NCBI GenBank assembly: GCA_039917955.1 | Contig: JBDSIN010000143.1 | Location: forward strand, 1 to 35,589 | DNA length: 35,589 bases | Direction of reading: 5' to 3' | Source of the DNA: Candidatus Limnocylindria bacterium | GTDB lineage: Bacteria > Chloroflexota > Limnocylindria > QHBO01 | Shown: piece after piece, positions 21,306-30,600 of the stretch | Numbering within the stretch: the first letter of the stretch is position 1 | Layout: every line of letters starts with the position of its first letter | The notes under the pieces: model-generated | The model's input: the letters and a program-made list of their open reading frames with translations, nothing else | Told to the model about the DNA's origin: nothing | Databases searched by the model: none | Translations under genes and position numbers: made by a program

Positions 21306-23417
21306 TCATGCCGATTGGGGCTCCGGCGCCAGCCGATCGGCGACGTCATCGGACCGCAGGCGCAGCCGACGCAGTAGCTGCGCATTCGCCGCGACCACGA
21401 TGGTTGAGATGCTCATGACCAGGGCGCCGATGCTCATCGGCAGGATCAATCCCCACGGCGCCAGCACGCCGGCTGCAACGGGGATAGCGATCACGTTGTA
21501 GCCGGTCGCCCAGACCAGGTTCTGGATCATCTTGCGGTAGGTGGCCCGCGAGAGATGAATGGCAGCGGCGACGTCGCGAGGGTCGTTGCGGACCAGAACG
21601 ATCCCTGCCGACTCGACCGCGACGTCGGTCCCGGCACCGATGGCGATGCCGACATCGGCCTGTGCAAGGGCCGGCGCGTCGTTCACCCCGTCGCCGACCA
21701 TCGCCACGCGAACTCCGCCGGACTGGAAGCGCATGACCGCGTCCGCCTTGTCGGCCGGCAACACTTGCGCTGCCACCTCGTCGATGCCGATGCGGCGTGC
21801 GACCGAGTCGGCCACGACCTGGGCGTCACCCGTGATCATGGCCACCCGAAGCCCCATCTTGTGCAGCCGCTGGACCGCCTCGACCGATTCAGGTCGGATC
21901 TCGTCCTCCACTGCGACGGCGCCGACCACCTCGGTCCCGTCGAGGACGTACAGCACGGTGCGCCCCTCCTGGTTCCAGCCGACGGCATGCGTCTCCAGTT
22001 CGGGCGGGATGGCGGCGCCGAGGTCTGCCAGGAGCCGAGGCCCGCCGACATGCACCTGGCGGCCATCGATGGTGGCTCGTGCGCCGCGGCCGGGCAGGGA
22101 TTCAAAGGTGGTGGCGCTCGCGGGGTCGATCCCTCGCAGTTGTGCACCGCGCACGACGGCTCGAGCCAGCGGGTGTTCGGAATCGGCCTCCACGGCCGCC
22201 GCAAGAGACAGCATCTGCCCCTCGTCGATGCCAGCTGCGGCGGCGACCGCGGCCAAAACTGGCTCGCCGCGGGTGAGAGTGCCGGTCTTGTCAAAGATGA
22301 TCACCTGCAGGTCCTTTGCCCGCTCCAGGGCCAGCCGGTCCTTGACCAGGAGGCCGTTGCGGGCACCGAGGGTCGTGCTGATGGCAACCACCAGCGGAAT
22401 CGCGAGCCCAAGGGCGTGGGGGCAGGCGATGACCAGGACCGTGGCGGTGCGAATCAGGGCATCCTCTGGCTGGCCGACCGCGATCCACACGGCGAGGGTC
22501 ACAACGCCGGCAGCCAGGGCGACGAAGAAGAGCAGGGCAGCGGCCCGGTCCGCCAGGATCTGGGCGCGCGATTGGGAGGCTTGGGCTTCTGCGACCAGCC
22601 GCATGATTCCCGACAGCGCCGTCTGCTCCCCAACCGCGGTGACCCGCACCCGCAGGCTGCCGCCGGCGGCGACGGTGCCGGCCACGACCTTGTCGCCGGG
22701 CTCCTTGGTCACGGGGCGCGACTCGCCGCTGATCATCGACTCGTCCACGTCTGCCGCGCCGTCGGATACCTCGCCATCGGCCGGCACGCGGGTACCGGGA
22801 CGCACCAGCACGATGTCACCGAGTCGAAGGTCGCGCAGTGGCACCGTCTCAACCTGACCATCGGTCACGCGCTCGGCGGTATCGGGCAGCAGCTCCGCCA
22901 GGGCATTGAGAGCCCCCTGGGCCTGCATGATCGAGCGCATCTCGAGCCAGTGGCCGAGGCTCATGACCGTGATCAGGGTGGCCAGCTCCCACCATACGTC
23001 GACCGCGAACACGCCGAGCGTGGCGGCCCAACTGGCGGCGAACGCGACGACGATTGCCAGGCTGATCAGGGTCATCATCCCGGGGAGTCGATCCGACAAC
23101 TCCGTCCGCGCACCGACCAGGAACACCCTGCCGCCGTAGGCGAAGACCACCGTGCCCAGCGCCGCAGGAATCCATTCAGAGCCCAAGAAGGTTTGAGCCG
23201 TGTACCCGAGCCACATCTGGACCTCGGCGCTCCAGAAGACGACGGGAACGGTTAGCAGCAGGACGACCCAGAACTGCCGCCGGAAAACCTGCGGATCGTG
23301 ACCGGCATGCTTGCTGTGTGCGGTATGCCCACCGTGCTCACCGCCGGCCGGTGGCGCCTGGTGCGAAGCGACAGACGCCTCGGGCTCGTGATGCTGAACG
23401 TGTTCGGCGTGGTCCAT
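21306..23417 (-). CDS. copB: P1B-3-type (CopB-like) copper ATPase with His-rich N-terminus
   Basis: VIACPHALGLAIP (CPH), SGESRPV, DKTGTLT, GDGVNDAP, GYNVIAIP and MSIST. N-terminus MDHAEHVQHHEPE...GGEHGGHTAHSKHAGHD. ATG at 23417. Confidence 0.9.
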   Translation of the reverse strand: MDHAEHVQHHEPEASVASHQAPPAGGEHGGHTAHSKHAGHDPQVFRRQFWVVLLLTVPVVFWSAEVQMWLGYTAQTFLGSEWIPAALGTVVFAYGGRVFLVGARTELSDRLPGMMTLISLAIVVAFAASWAATLGVFAVDVWWELATLITVMSLGHWLEMRSIMQAQGALNALAELLPDTAERVTDGQVETVPLRDLRLGDIVLVRPGTRVPADGEVSDGAADVDESMISGESRPVTKEPGDKVVAGTVAAGGSLRVRVTAVGEQTALSGIMRLVAEAQASQSRAQILADRAAALLFFVALAAGVVTLAVWIAVGQPEDALIRTATVLVIACPHALGLAIPLVVAISTTLGARNGLLVKDRLALERAKDLQVIIFDKTGTLTRGEPVLAAVAAAAGIDEGQMLSLAAAVEADSEHPLARAVVRGAQLRGIDPASATTFESLPGRGARATIDGRQVHVGGPRLLADLGAAIPPELETHAVGWNQEGRTVLYVLDGTEVVGAVAVEDEIRPESVEAVQRLHKMGLRVAMITGDAQVVADSVARRIGIDEVAAQVLPADKADAVMRFQSGGVRVAMVGDGVNDAPALAQADVGIAIGAGTDVAVESAGIVLVRNDPRDVAAAIHLSRATYRKMIQNLVWATGYNVIAIPVAAGVLAPWGLILPMSIGALVMSISTIVVAANAQLLRRLRLRSDDVADRLAPEPQSA

Positions 23418-23440
23418 GGATCGGTCTCGCTGCGGTGGAC

Positions 23441-23470
23441 GGTACTCCCCCCCAGTATATGCCCAGGGGT
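23441..23470 (-). promoter_or_regulatory. Candidate copB promoter/operator (C/G tract flanked by TAC..GTA, TATACT -10-like hexamer)
   Basis: Plus strand reads GTACTCCCCCCCAGTATATGCCCAGGGGT. It resembles CsoR-type TAC-N9-GTA operators with G/C tracts. TATACT on the minus strand (23454-23459) lies 37 nt upstream of the ATG. Confidence 0.25.
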
Positions 23471-23592
23471 CAAGGCGATGCCGGACAGGTGCGGGAAGGC
23501 GTGATCGGCCGGGACACCGAAACCCCGCCGCGCAGTGCGCGACGGGGTTTCCCGAGGGTCGGTTCCCGCGCTGGTGGGCGCAGGCGGCGCCC

Positions 23593-24354
23593 CTACCGTG
23601 CCCAGATGACGAAGCTGAACACCACCATCCCGCTGCCCAGATCGCGGGCGAACAGCGCGTTGTGTCCATTGTCACGAATCATCCGGCCCCACCCCGGTGC
23701 CGCCGAACCGTCGGCCGCGACCTGCCCGACCGTGGTCGGGCTGTCCAGGTGGCTGTAGATCGTCACGAGCTGCCCAAGGTCGTGTGAGTTCGGGTGCTCA
23801 TTGCTCGGCGGCCCGTCAGGGTCACTGGTGTAGTCCATGCAGGTGCCCAGGTTGGGGTTGCCGAAGGTCGCATCCTGGTGGTCGAGCCCCAGCGTGTGGC
23901 CGATCTCCTGGCACATCACAAGGTTTCGCCACGCGGGCGTGTTGTAGCTCGCCGTGTCGAAGTAGGTGTCGTTCAGCTTGACGGTGCCCTGAGTGATGTG
24001 ATCGCCCTGCGCCCAGATCGAGGCGACGCCGAGCCAGCCGTTGTTGCCGTACTTCGAGTTGCAGACATTGACCTGGCCGCTGATGGTCTTGCAGGTCTTG
24101 CCCTTTGCGACGGTGCCGTTCGTCTTGGACAGATCGAGAACCGTTGATTGCGACCAGTCAGCGATGCTCGTATTGAGGTAGTTGTCCCATGCTTGGGTGG
24201 CGCTGTCGACGACCTTGAGCGTGAACGGATTGGACGTCCGTGCCCAGTGGTAGCTACCCCACGAATGCGAGGCGCTGGCGGCCGCGGGGAACGCGGCGAT
24301 GATGACCGTGACCAGACCGATGACCGCCAGGCGGCGCGGGGAAGCCTTGAGCAT
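23593..24354 (-). CDS. Secreted metzincin-like protein with QExxHxxGxxH variant motif
   Basis: Signal peptide MLKASPRRLAVIGLVTVIIAAFPAAASA. VMCQEIGHTLGLDHQD fits HExxHxxGxxH except that the first His is Gln. SD GGAGGG lies 10 nt upstream. Confidence 0.6.
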   Translation of the reverse strand: MLKASPRRLAVIGLVTVIIAAFPAAASASHSWGSYHWARTSNPFTLKVVDSATQAWDNYLNTSIADWSQSTVLDLSKTNGTVAKGKTCKTISGQVNVCNSKYGNNGWLGVASIWAQGDHITQGTVKLNDTYFDTASYNTPAWRNLVMCQEIGHTLGLDHQDATFGNPNLGTCMDYTSDPDGPPSNEHPNSHDLGQLVTIYSHLDSPTTVGQVAADGSAAPGWGRMIRDNGHNALFARDLGSGMVVFSFVIWAR

Positions 24355-24457
24355 GACGCGGGGACCCTCCATGTTCAGTGGCGCGTGGTTCACGAGGATG
24401 GACGGAGTATGCACGACCGATGCAACTGCACCGGACCGCACTCCGGGGTCCGGGAGG

Positions 24458-25543
24458 TCAGTTGGTGAGGCGCTGCTCGGTGGCCGGGTCGAAGAGGTGA
24501 ACCCTGTCGAGCGGCACAGTGAAGTCGATCAAATCGCCCACCTGTACGCGCTTTGCCGCGTCAACCAGCGCCACGATCTCCCGGCCATCGGCCTGGGCGT
24601 GCAGCAGTTCGTCGTTGCCGAGGTACTCGACCACGTCCACCGATGCGGGAATGTGCAGCGCCCCGTCGCCGGCCTCACCTATCTGGAGGTGCTCGGGCCG
24701 GAAACCGACGATCAACTCTGATCCAGTCCCGCGCCGCGCCGCGAACTCGGCAGCCCCGCCGAGCGCGGCACGTGCGGATCCGAAGCGGAGAGTCTCCCCT
24801 TCGACCGTGGCGTTCGCGAAGTTCATCGACGGCGACCCGATAAAGCCGGCCACGAAGACGTTCATCGGCTTGTCGTACAGCTCCGCAGGGGTGCCGGCCT
24901 GCTGGAGGAGGCCGTCCTTCATGACCGCGATCCGGTCGCCCATGGTCATGGCTTCGATCTGGTCGTGGGTGACGTAGACGGTGGTCGTGCCCAGCCGATG
25001 CCGGAGCCGGGAGATCTCGGCCCGGGTCTGGACGCGGAGCTTGGCGTCGAGGTTGGAGAGCGGCTCGTCCATGAGGAAGACGGCCGGCTCGCGCACGATG
25101 GCGCGGCCGAGCGCGACACGCTGCCGCTGGCCGCCGGAAAGCGCCTTCGGCTTGCGATCAAGGTACGGCGCCAGGTCGAGGATGTCGCCTGCGGCGCGCA
25201 CGCGCCGATCGATATCGGCCTTGGGGGTCTTTCGCAACTTCAGGCCAAAGGCCATGTTGTCGTAGACCGACATGTGCGGGTAGAGGGCGTAGCTCTGGAA
25301 GACCATGGCGATGTCACGGTCCTTGGGTGCCACGTCGTTCACCACGCGGTCGCCGATCAGGATGTTGCCCTCGCTGATCTCCTCGAGCCCGGCCACGCAG
25401 CGCAGCGCGGTCGTCTTGCCGCAGCCCGATGGGCCAACCAGCACCAGAAACTCGCCGTCGCCCACTGCGAGGCTCAGGTCGTTGACCGCGACGACATCGG
25501 CACCGTAGCGCTTGTAGACGTGGTCGAAAGTGACTGTCGCCAT
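24458..25543 (-). CDS. msiK: Orphan sugar-ABC ATPase (MsiK/MsmX/MalK family)
   Basis: MATVTFDHVYKRY..., GPSGCGKTT, LSGGQRQRVALGRAIV, FLMDEPLSNLD and a C-terminal MalK-type regulatory domain. No cognate permease is adjacent. Confidence 0.85.
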   Translation of the reverse strand: MATVTFDHVYKRYGADVVAVNDLSLAVGDGEFLVLVGPSGCGKTTALRCVAGLEEISEGNILIGDRVVNDVAPKDRDIAMVFQSYALYPHMSVYDNMAFGLKLRKTPKADIDRRVRAAGDILDLAPYLDRKPKALSGGQRQRVALGRAIVREPAVFLMDEPLSNLDAKLRVQTRAEISRLRHRLGTTTVYVTHDQIEAMTMGDRIAVMKDGLLQQAGTPAELYDKPMNVFVAGFIGSPSMNFANATVEGETLRFGSARAALGGAAEFAARRGTGSELIVGFRPEHLQIGEAGDGALHIPASVDVVEYLGNDELLHAQADGREIVALVDAAKRVQVGDLIDFTVPLDRVHLFDPATEQRLTN

Positions 25544-25669
25544 CGGGGAACATGATACTCGCGCACGTTTATGCCGGTCGTGCGCAGGTGTTAGGTGCCG
25601 ATCGTCCTGCCCCGCAGCCGGGACCACCGTGCTACTGACTCTGTGCCACGGCGACCGTAAGGTCATGGC

Positions 25670-26584
25670 ATGCCGATCGCCGCGTCCGAACGACGCCAGC
25701 CCCGCCGCGTGGTGGCCCGAGCCCTGGGTCTGTCGGGCACGGCCCTGCTCGCTGCGGCGCTGCTCGCCTGGACGCCGCAGCCGGCAACCGGCTGGGATCA
25801 GTCGTCGGCGGAGGCGACCGTCTGGCAGTTGCTGAATGGGGCGCGCGTCAACAACGGTCGCAATCCCCTTACCCAGAACGCGACGCTGGTCAGCCTGGCC
25901 CGATGGCGCAGCCAGGACATGGTCGACCGCGACTACTTCGATCACGTCGTCCTCGGTACCGGCTACCAGGTCTATCACTGGTACGACACCAACGGCCTGA
26001 AGTACGTCTGGGCCGGCGAGAACATCGGCTGGAACAACGGCTTCTCGGACGCCGACAGCCCGGTCAAGATCCACGAGGGCTTCATGGCCTCGGACAGCCA
26101 TCGAACGAACATGCTCGAGCCGACCTGGACGCACGGCGGCGTCGGGGCCTATGGCGCGGATAACGTGAACTTCCTCGGCAAATTGCGCAACCCGCGCGCC
26201 TACACCCAGCTGTTCATGCAGGCGCAGGACGCAGCGACACCGCCGCCCGCCCCTCCGCCGCCTCCGGCCGCCACCCCGCCGCCGCCAGCCCCTCCGCCGC
26301 CTCCGGCCGTCACGCCCAGGCCGACCTCGAAGCCGGCCGCCACGACGGCGCCGACATTCAACCCGCTGCCAACCGCAGATCCGACCGCCAGCCCGACCCT
26401 GGAACCGACGCCATCCCCGACGCCATCGGCCGCGGCCGCCGAGCCGGTTGACCCCGGACACCTTGCGCTCAACGGCTCGCCAGTGGCGGCCGTAGCGAGC
26501 CTGCGGGTGCAGGCTGCGGCGGCGGCGGAGCGCGGCATCTTCGAGACGGTGCTGGGTTCGCTGCTGGGGTTCTTCCTGGGTTAA
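25670..26584 (+). CDS. Secreted CAP/SCP (YkwD-like) domain protein with Pro-rich linker and hydrophobic C-tail
   Basis: LLNGARVNNGRNPL...WRSQDMVDRDYFDH...GENIGWN...HEGFMASDSHRTNML, followed by a PPPAPPPPPAAT tract. Confidence 0.8.
   Translation: MPIAASERRQPRRVVARALGLSGTALLAAALLAWTPQPATGWDQSSAEATVWQLLNGARVNNGRNPLTQNATLVSLARWRSQDMVDRDYFDHVVLGTGYQVYHWYDTNGLKYVWAGENIGWNNGFSDADSPVKIHEGFMASDSHRTNMLEPTWTHGGVGAYGADNVNFLGKLRNPRAYTQLFMQAQDAATPPPAPPPPPAATPPPPAPPPPPAVTPRPTSKPAATTAPTFNPLPTADPTASPTLEPTPSPTPSAAAAEPVDPGHLALNGSPVAAVASLRVQAAAAAERGIFETVLGSLLGFFLG
26240..26314 (+). repeat. Imperfect tandem duplication (36 + 39 nt) encoding PPPAPPPPPAAT / PPPPAPPPPPAVT
   Basis: ccgccgcccgcccctccgccgcctccggccgccacc followed by ccgccgccgccagcccctccgccgcctccggccgtcacg. 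Confidence 0.6.
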
Positions 26585-26621
26585 TCGCAGCGGTCCTCGG
26601 GCCGCGGTTAGACTGGGGCGG

Positions 26622-27368
26622 ATGACGGTGATCCTCGAAGCGCACGACCTGGTCAAGAGCTACCCGCTCGGCGGGCGCTCGGTGGAAGCGCTGCGAGGCG
26701 TCTCCCTGTCGGTGACCAAGGGCGAGTTCGTGGCGATCATGGGCAGCTCGGGCTCAGGCAAGTCAACCATGCTCCACCTGCTCGGCGGACTCGATCGTCC
26801 CACCAGCGGCGAGGTGGTGATCGACGGCGTGAACCTGAGCCAGCTCAACGATGAGCAGGCGACCCTCACCCGTCGTGCCAAGACCGGCTTCGTCTTCCAG
26901 TTCTTCAACTTGATCCCGCTGCTCAACGTTGCGGAGAACGTGGCGTTGCCGTTCCTGATTGCAGGCGAATCGCTCGCCCAGCACCGCCAGCGCGTGCAGG
27001 AGCTGCTCGCCCTGGTTGGCCTGGAGGACAAGGCCGCCCACCGCCCCGACCAGCTCTCCGCAGGCGAGCAGCAGCGTGTGGCGCTCGCTCGAGCGCTGGC
27101 CCCGGAGCCGGCGATCCTGCTCGCCGACGAGCCGACCGGCAATCTGGACTACACCACCGGCACCGAGATCCTCGATCTCATCTGGGACTCGTGTGACCGC
27201 CTCGGCCAGACGATCGTGCTGGTGACGCACGACGCGCGGGCCGCCGCGTACGCGGACCGGGTCCTGGTCGTTCGCGACGGCAGCATCCGCGACGAGATTG
27301 CGCTCGGCCGTCGCCGCGATCATGAGGCCCGACCGCTCATCGCCCGCCTGGCCGCGCTGGGTCTCTAG
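26622..27368 (+). CDS. ABC transporter ATP-binding protein (MacB/FtsE-like)
   Basis: GSSGSGKST, LSAGEQQRVALARAL and ILLADEPTGNLD. Confidence 0.9.
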   Translation: MTVILEAHDLVKSYPLGGRSVEALRGVSLSVTKGEFVAIMGSSGSGKSTMLHLLGGLDRPTSGEVVIDGVNLSQLNDEQATLTRRAKTGFVFQFFNLIPLLNVAENVALPFLIAGESLAQHRQRVQELLALVGLEDKAAHRPDQLSAGEQQRVALARALAPEPAILLADEPTGNLDYTTGTEILDLIWDSCDRLGQTIVLVTHDARAAAYADRVLVVRDGSIRDEIALGRRRDHEARPLIARLAALGL

Positions 27369-27372
27369 ACCG

Positions 27373-29913
27373 ATGCACCTGGCGGCGCTCGCCTGGCGCG
27401 GCCTCGTCGCGCGGCGCCTGCGCACCGGGCTGACGATCATCGGCGTGGCCCTTGGGGTGGCGGTGGTCGCCGGCACGCTGCTCGCCAACCAGGCCGCCTC
27501 CGAGGCGGTCGAGCGTGCCGCCGCGCAAATGATGGGCAGCGCCGAGCTACGCGTGCGAGCCTTCGATCCGGTCGGTTTCTCTCCCCGGGCGGTCACCACG
27601 CTGCGCCAGATTCCCGGGGTCCTTGGCGCAGCGGCCGTTGCCGAGCGGCGCCTGACCGTCTCCACCCTCCCCGGTCCCGATGAACAAGTCTTCAGCCTCC
27701 TCCTGGTGATCGGGGTTGACGCGAAGGACGAAGCGCAGATTCGCACGTACGACCTGGAGGCTGGCGCATTCGTCGAACCCGACAGCCCGAATGACGCGCT
27801 CGTCAATGCTGCCTGGGCACGAGCCAATGGGCTCGTGCTGGGCGACCAGCTGATTCTCACCGGCCACCGCGAAGACGTGCAGCCCCTGCGGATCGTCGGG
27901 CTGCTCGGTGACCTCGGGATCGGCGCCCTCTCCCAGGGCAATGTGCTGGTGATGCACCGATCGACGCTTGCGGCCGCCTTCGAGGAGCCGCCGCCGGTCA
28001 CCTACGTGGACCTGCTGCTGGCCCCTGGCCGCGTGGAGGACGTCCAGAACGCGCTCGATCGAGACCTCGGCGAGCCATTCATCGTGGAGACCGCTGCGGA
28101 CGCGGCGCGCCAGCTCGGCCGCGCCCAGGCGGGATTCGCCGGGATCTCCTTCGTGTTCGGCCTGATCGCGCTCCTGGTCGGTGCGTTCCTGGTCGCGAAT
28201 ACGCTCGCCATGACGGTGACGGAGCGCACCCGTGAGATCGGGCTGCTGCGCGCCGCCGGGGCGACGCGAGGACAGGTGCGGGGCCTCTTCCTACGGCAGG
28301 GCGTCGTCATCGGGCTGATCGGAAGCATTCTCGGAGCGGCTCTGGGCATCGGTCTTGCCGCGCTCGCCATCGGGTTCCTGCATTCGACCCGGGCGGTGCT
28401 GGTGACCGGGCTGCCGCTGAATCCGCTTGCGCTGGGGCTGTCCCTGCTGATGGGTGTGGCGGTGACCGCGGCCGCCGCTACCATCCCGGCCATCGCGGCC
28501 AGCCGCGTCTCTCCGCTCGACGCGCTGCGGTCTAGCCGCCAGCCTGGGCGCAGCCTGGGGGCGCGATTGCGCTGGATCGTGGTCCTGGAGGCGCTCGTCC
28601 TGGCCATCGGGGCGGTCCTGTACCCCCTTGACCGCGGCGAATTCTCGCCGGCGGCGGTGGTCGGGGCGCTGGCGATCCTGATCGCCGGGACGGGGGCGAC
28701 CGCGCTCCTGCTCCAGCCGCTGGCGCGGGTGGTTGGCCGTCCGTTCGAATGGTTCTTCGGGGCGGAGGGGATGCTGGGGCGCGCCAACCTCGGCCGCGAC
28801 CGAGCCCGTACCGGCCTTACCGTGGGAGCGCTGATCGTGGCCCTGGCATCGGTTGTCGCGCTGGGGACGATCACCGAGAGCGCGAGAGCCACCGCTGACC
28901 GATGGGTCGGCTCGATCCTGCCGGGTGGCTATGCGATCCGGCTTGGGCTACCAGTGGAGGTCGACGCCTTGCGTACCGACTTCGAGGCCACCGCCGGTGC
29001 CGCCGCCGCTTCGCCGATCGTCGAATTCCCCGCGGTCGCACGCCAGGGCGAGGCACCGGCCCAGGAGGCGTCGCTGGCGGGGATCGATCCGAACGTCTTC
29101 GACGCGACCGGGTCGCTCATCTTCGTCCACGGCGATCGGGCAACCGCCTTCCAGGCGCTGCGTGACGGTGGCGCGGTGCTCCTTCCGGAGCCCTTTGCCG
29201 GCGAGGAAATGGGGGTCGGCTCGATCGTCTGGCTCTCGCTTCCTGGTGAGGAGGAGCAGGCGTTTGCGGTCGCCGGCGTCATCGCCTATACGCTTCCCGC
29301 ACGTTCCGCGGACGGTGCCATCCTGCTCTCGCTGACCGATGCCGCCGAGCGCTTCGGCGCCACACGTTCCTCCCTGTGGACCTTCATCCCGCAGGACGGG
29401 ATCACCGAAGGCGCCTTCCAGTCCGCCGTCGCTGCCAAGGCGATGTCGTACGCAGGTGAGGCGATCACCGCGCGCGAACTCGCGTCTGATCTCGGACGGT
29501 CGATCGACCGGCTCATCGGTCTCTTTGACGTGCTGGCCCTGCTGGCGGTGATCATCGCCGCGCTCGGCGTGCTCAATACACTGGCGGTGGGGGTCGTCGA
29601 GCGCGCGCGCGAGATCGCCATCCTGCGCTCCCACGGCATGACCATCGGCCAGGTTCAGGCGATGGTCGTCTCTGAGGCCGCGATCATGGGCGCGGTCGGA
29701 GGGATCGCTGCGGTCGCCACCGGGCTGCTGATCGCGTGGACCATCGTTGGCGGCTCGACGCCGCGCGATTTCGGCGCCGGCCTGGCGCTGCCGTGGCCGC
29801 TGCTCCTCAGCGTGGTGCTGATCGGGATCGGCGTTGCGTCGCTGGCCGGTCTGTACCCGGCTCGCTTGGCCGCGCGAACGCCGATCTCACGCAGCATCCA
29901 GCACTTCGAATAG
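27373..29913 (+). CDS. Fused double FtsX-domain ABC permease (YbbP-like, about 846 aa)
   Basis: ALAWRGLVARRLRTGLTIIGVALGV helix. Two FtsX cores, TERTREIGLLRAAGATRGQV and VERAREIAILRSHGMTIGQV. Confidence 0.85.
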   Translation: MHLAALAWRGLVARRLRTGLTIIGVALGVAVVAGTLLANQAASEAVERAAAQMMGSAELRVRAFDPVGFSPRAVTTLRQIPGVLGAAAVAERRLTVSTLPGPDEQVFSLLLVIGVDAKDEAQIRTYDLEAGAFVEPDSPNDALVNAAWARANGLVLGDQLILTGHREDVQPLRIVGLLGDLGIGALSQGNVLVMHRSTLAAAFEEPPPVTYVDLLLAPGRVEDVQNALDRDLGEPFIVETAADAARQLGRAQAGFAGISFVFGLIALLVGAFLVANTLAMTVTERTREIGLLRAAGATRGQVRGLFLRQGVVIGLIGSILGAALGIGLAALAIGFLHSTRAVLVTGLPLNPLALGLSLLMGVAVTAAAATIPAIAASRVSPLDALRSSRQPGRSLGARLRWIVVLEALVLAIGAVLYPLDRGEFSPAAVVGALAILIAGTGATALLLQPLARVVGRPFEWFFGAEGMLGRANLGRDRARTGLTVGALIVALASVVALGTITESARATADRWVGSILPGGYAIRLGLPVEVDALRTDFEATAGAAAASPIVEFPAVARQGEAPAQEASLAGIDPNVFDATGSLIFVHGDRATAFQALRDGGAVLLPEPFAGEEMGVGSIVWLSLPGEEEQAFAVAGVIAYTLPARSADGAILLSLTDAAERFGATRSSLWTFIPQDGITEGAFQSAVAAKAMSYAGEAITARELASDLGRSIDRLIGLFDVLALLAVIIAALGVLNTLAVGVVERAREIAILRSHGMTIGQVQAMVVSEAAIMGAVGGIAAVATGLLIAWTIVGGSTPRDFGAGLALPWPLLLSVVLIGIGVASLAGLYPARLAARTPISRSIQHFE

Positions 29914-29922
29914 GGAGGGACG

Positions 29923-30351
29923 ATGCCTGCGCGCATCTGGGAGGCGTCCGCCGGGCGCGCGTTCGTGCTGCTGCTGGAGAAGGGCGACGATCTGCTCGCG
30001 GAGGTCGAGCGGATCTGCAAGGAGTACGAGATCGTGGTCGCCTGGGTGAGTGCCATCGGTGCCGTCCGGCGCGCGTCCTTCGGCTACTACCAGCAGGGGC
30101 CGCAGAGCTACGTGGAGATGCTCAGCGACCGCCACACCATGCTGAATGGTTTTGTCGGGAACATCTCGGTCGCCGAGGGACGCCCGTTCCTCCACGCGCA
30201 CGCCACTTTCTCCGCGGTCGATGGATCGAACGTCGGCGGACACCTGCTGCCCGGCTGCGAGGTCTTCGCCGTGGAGGTCACCATTCGCGAGATGACCGGC
30301 CTGGAGCTCGAGCGGACCCCCGACGAGGTGACCGGCCTGCCCCTCTGGTAG
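29923..30351 (+). CDS. PPC (DUF296) domain protein
   Basis: AFVLLLEKGDDLLAEVERICKEYEI...GAVRRASFGYY...GNISVAEGRPFLHAHATFS...GGHLL. SD GGGAGGGA. Confidence 0.75.
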   Translation: MPARIWEASAGRAFVLLLEKGDDLLAEVERICKEYEIVVAWVSAIGAVRRASFGYYQQGPQSYVEMLSDRHTMLNGFVGNISVAEGRPFLHAHATFSAVDGSNVGGHLLPGCEVFAVEVTIREMTGLELERTPDEVTGLPLW

Positions 30352-30366
30352 GTCGCCGCAGCGGCT

Positions 30367-30428
30367 CCCGTACAATGGCTGCCGCGCGCGCCCGTAGCTC
30401 AGCGGACAGAGCGGGTGGCTTCGGACCA
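30367..30428 (+). repeat. Left copy of direct repeat (tRNA-Arg promoter region plus 5' half)
   Basis: cccgtacaatggctgc...gcgcccgtagctcagcggacagagcgggtggcttcggacca. By eye, 57 of 59 aligned positions match 33845-33903, plus a 3-nt indel. Confidence 0.8.
30388..30428 (+). pseudogene. Truncated tRNA-Arg (5' half only, ends in the anticodon arm)
   Basis: Acceptor strand, D-arm and anticodon loop CTTCGGA are present. Homology stops after cca, and no T-arm or 3' acceptor strand follows. Confidence 0.7.
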
Positions 30429-30600
30429 GAAACCCCGATGCGCTGTGCTTCGAGCGTGGACCGCCGACCGAAATGCGTCGAGGTATCCGCTGTCTTGAAG
30501 ACCCCACGATGCACTTGATAAGCGTGCCAGATCGCGACCAACCGTCCGTTTGACTCACGGCCTGCAACATGCAGCCCGTGCCGGGTGTCAAGCAGGTGAG

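Noticed and set aside
23468-23473. TTGACC (minus strand) as a -35 element for copB.
   Set aside because: It lies only 8 nt from the TATACT -10-like hexamer, a spacing incompatible with a sigma-70 promoter.
25544-26656. N-terminal 370-aa extension of the 732-aa minus-strand ORF that contains msiK.
   Set aside because: The conserved ATPase begins at MATVTFD (ATG 25543). The extension is antisense to the CAP-domain gene and is Arg/Gly-rich.
30429-30600. Looked for an ECF-type promoter (GGAAC-N16-17-CGT) upstream of the sigma gene. GGACC (30468) and CGTC (30486) were noted.
   Set aside because: The spacer is only about 13 nt and so does not fit ECF promoter geometry.
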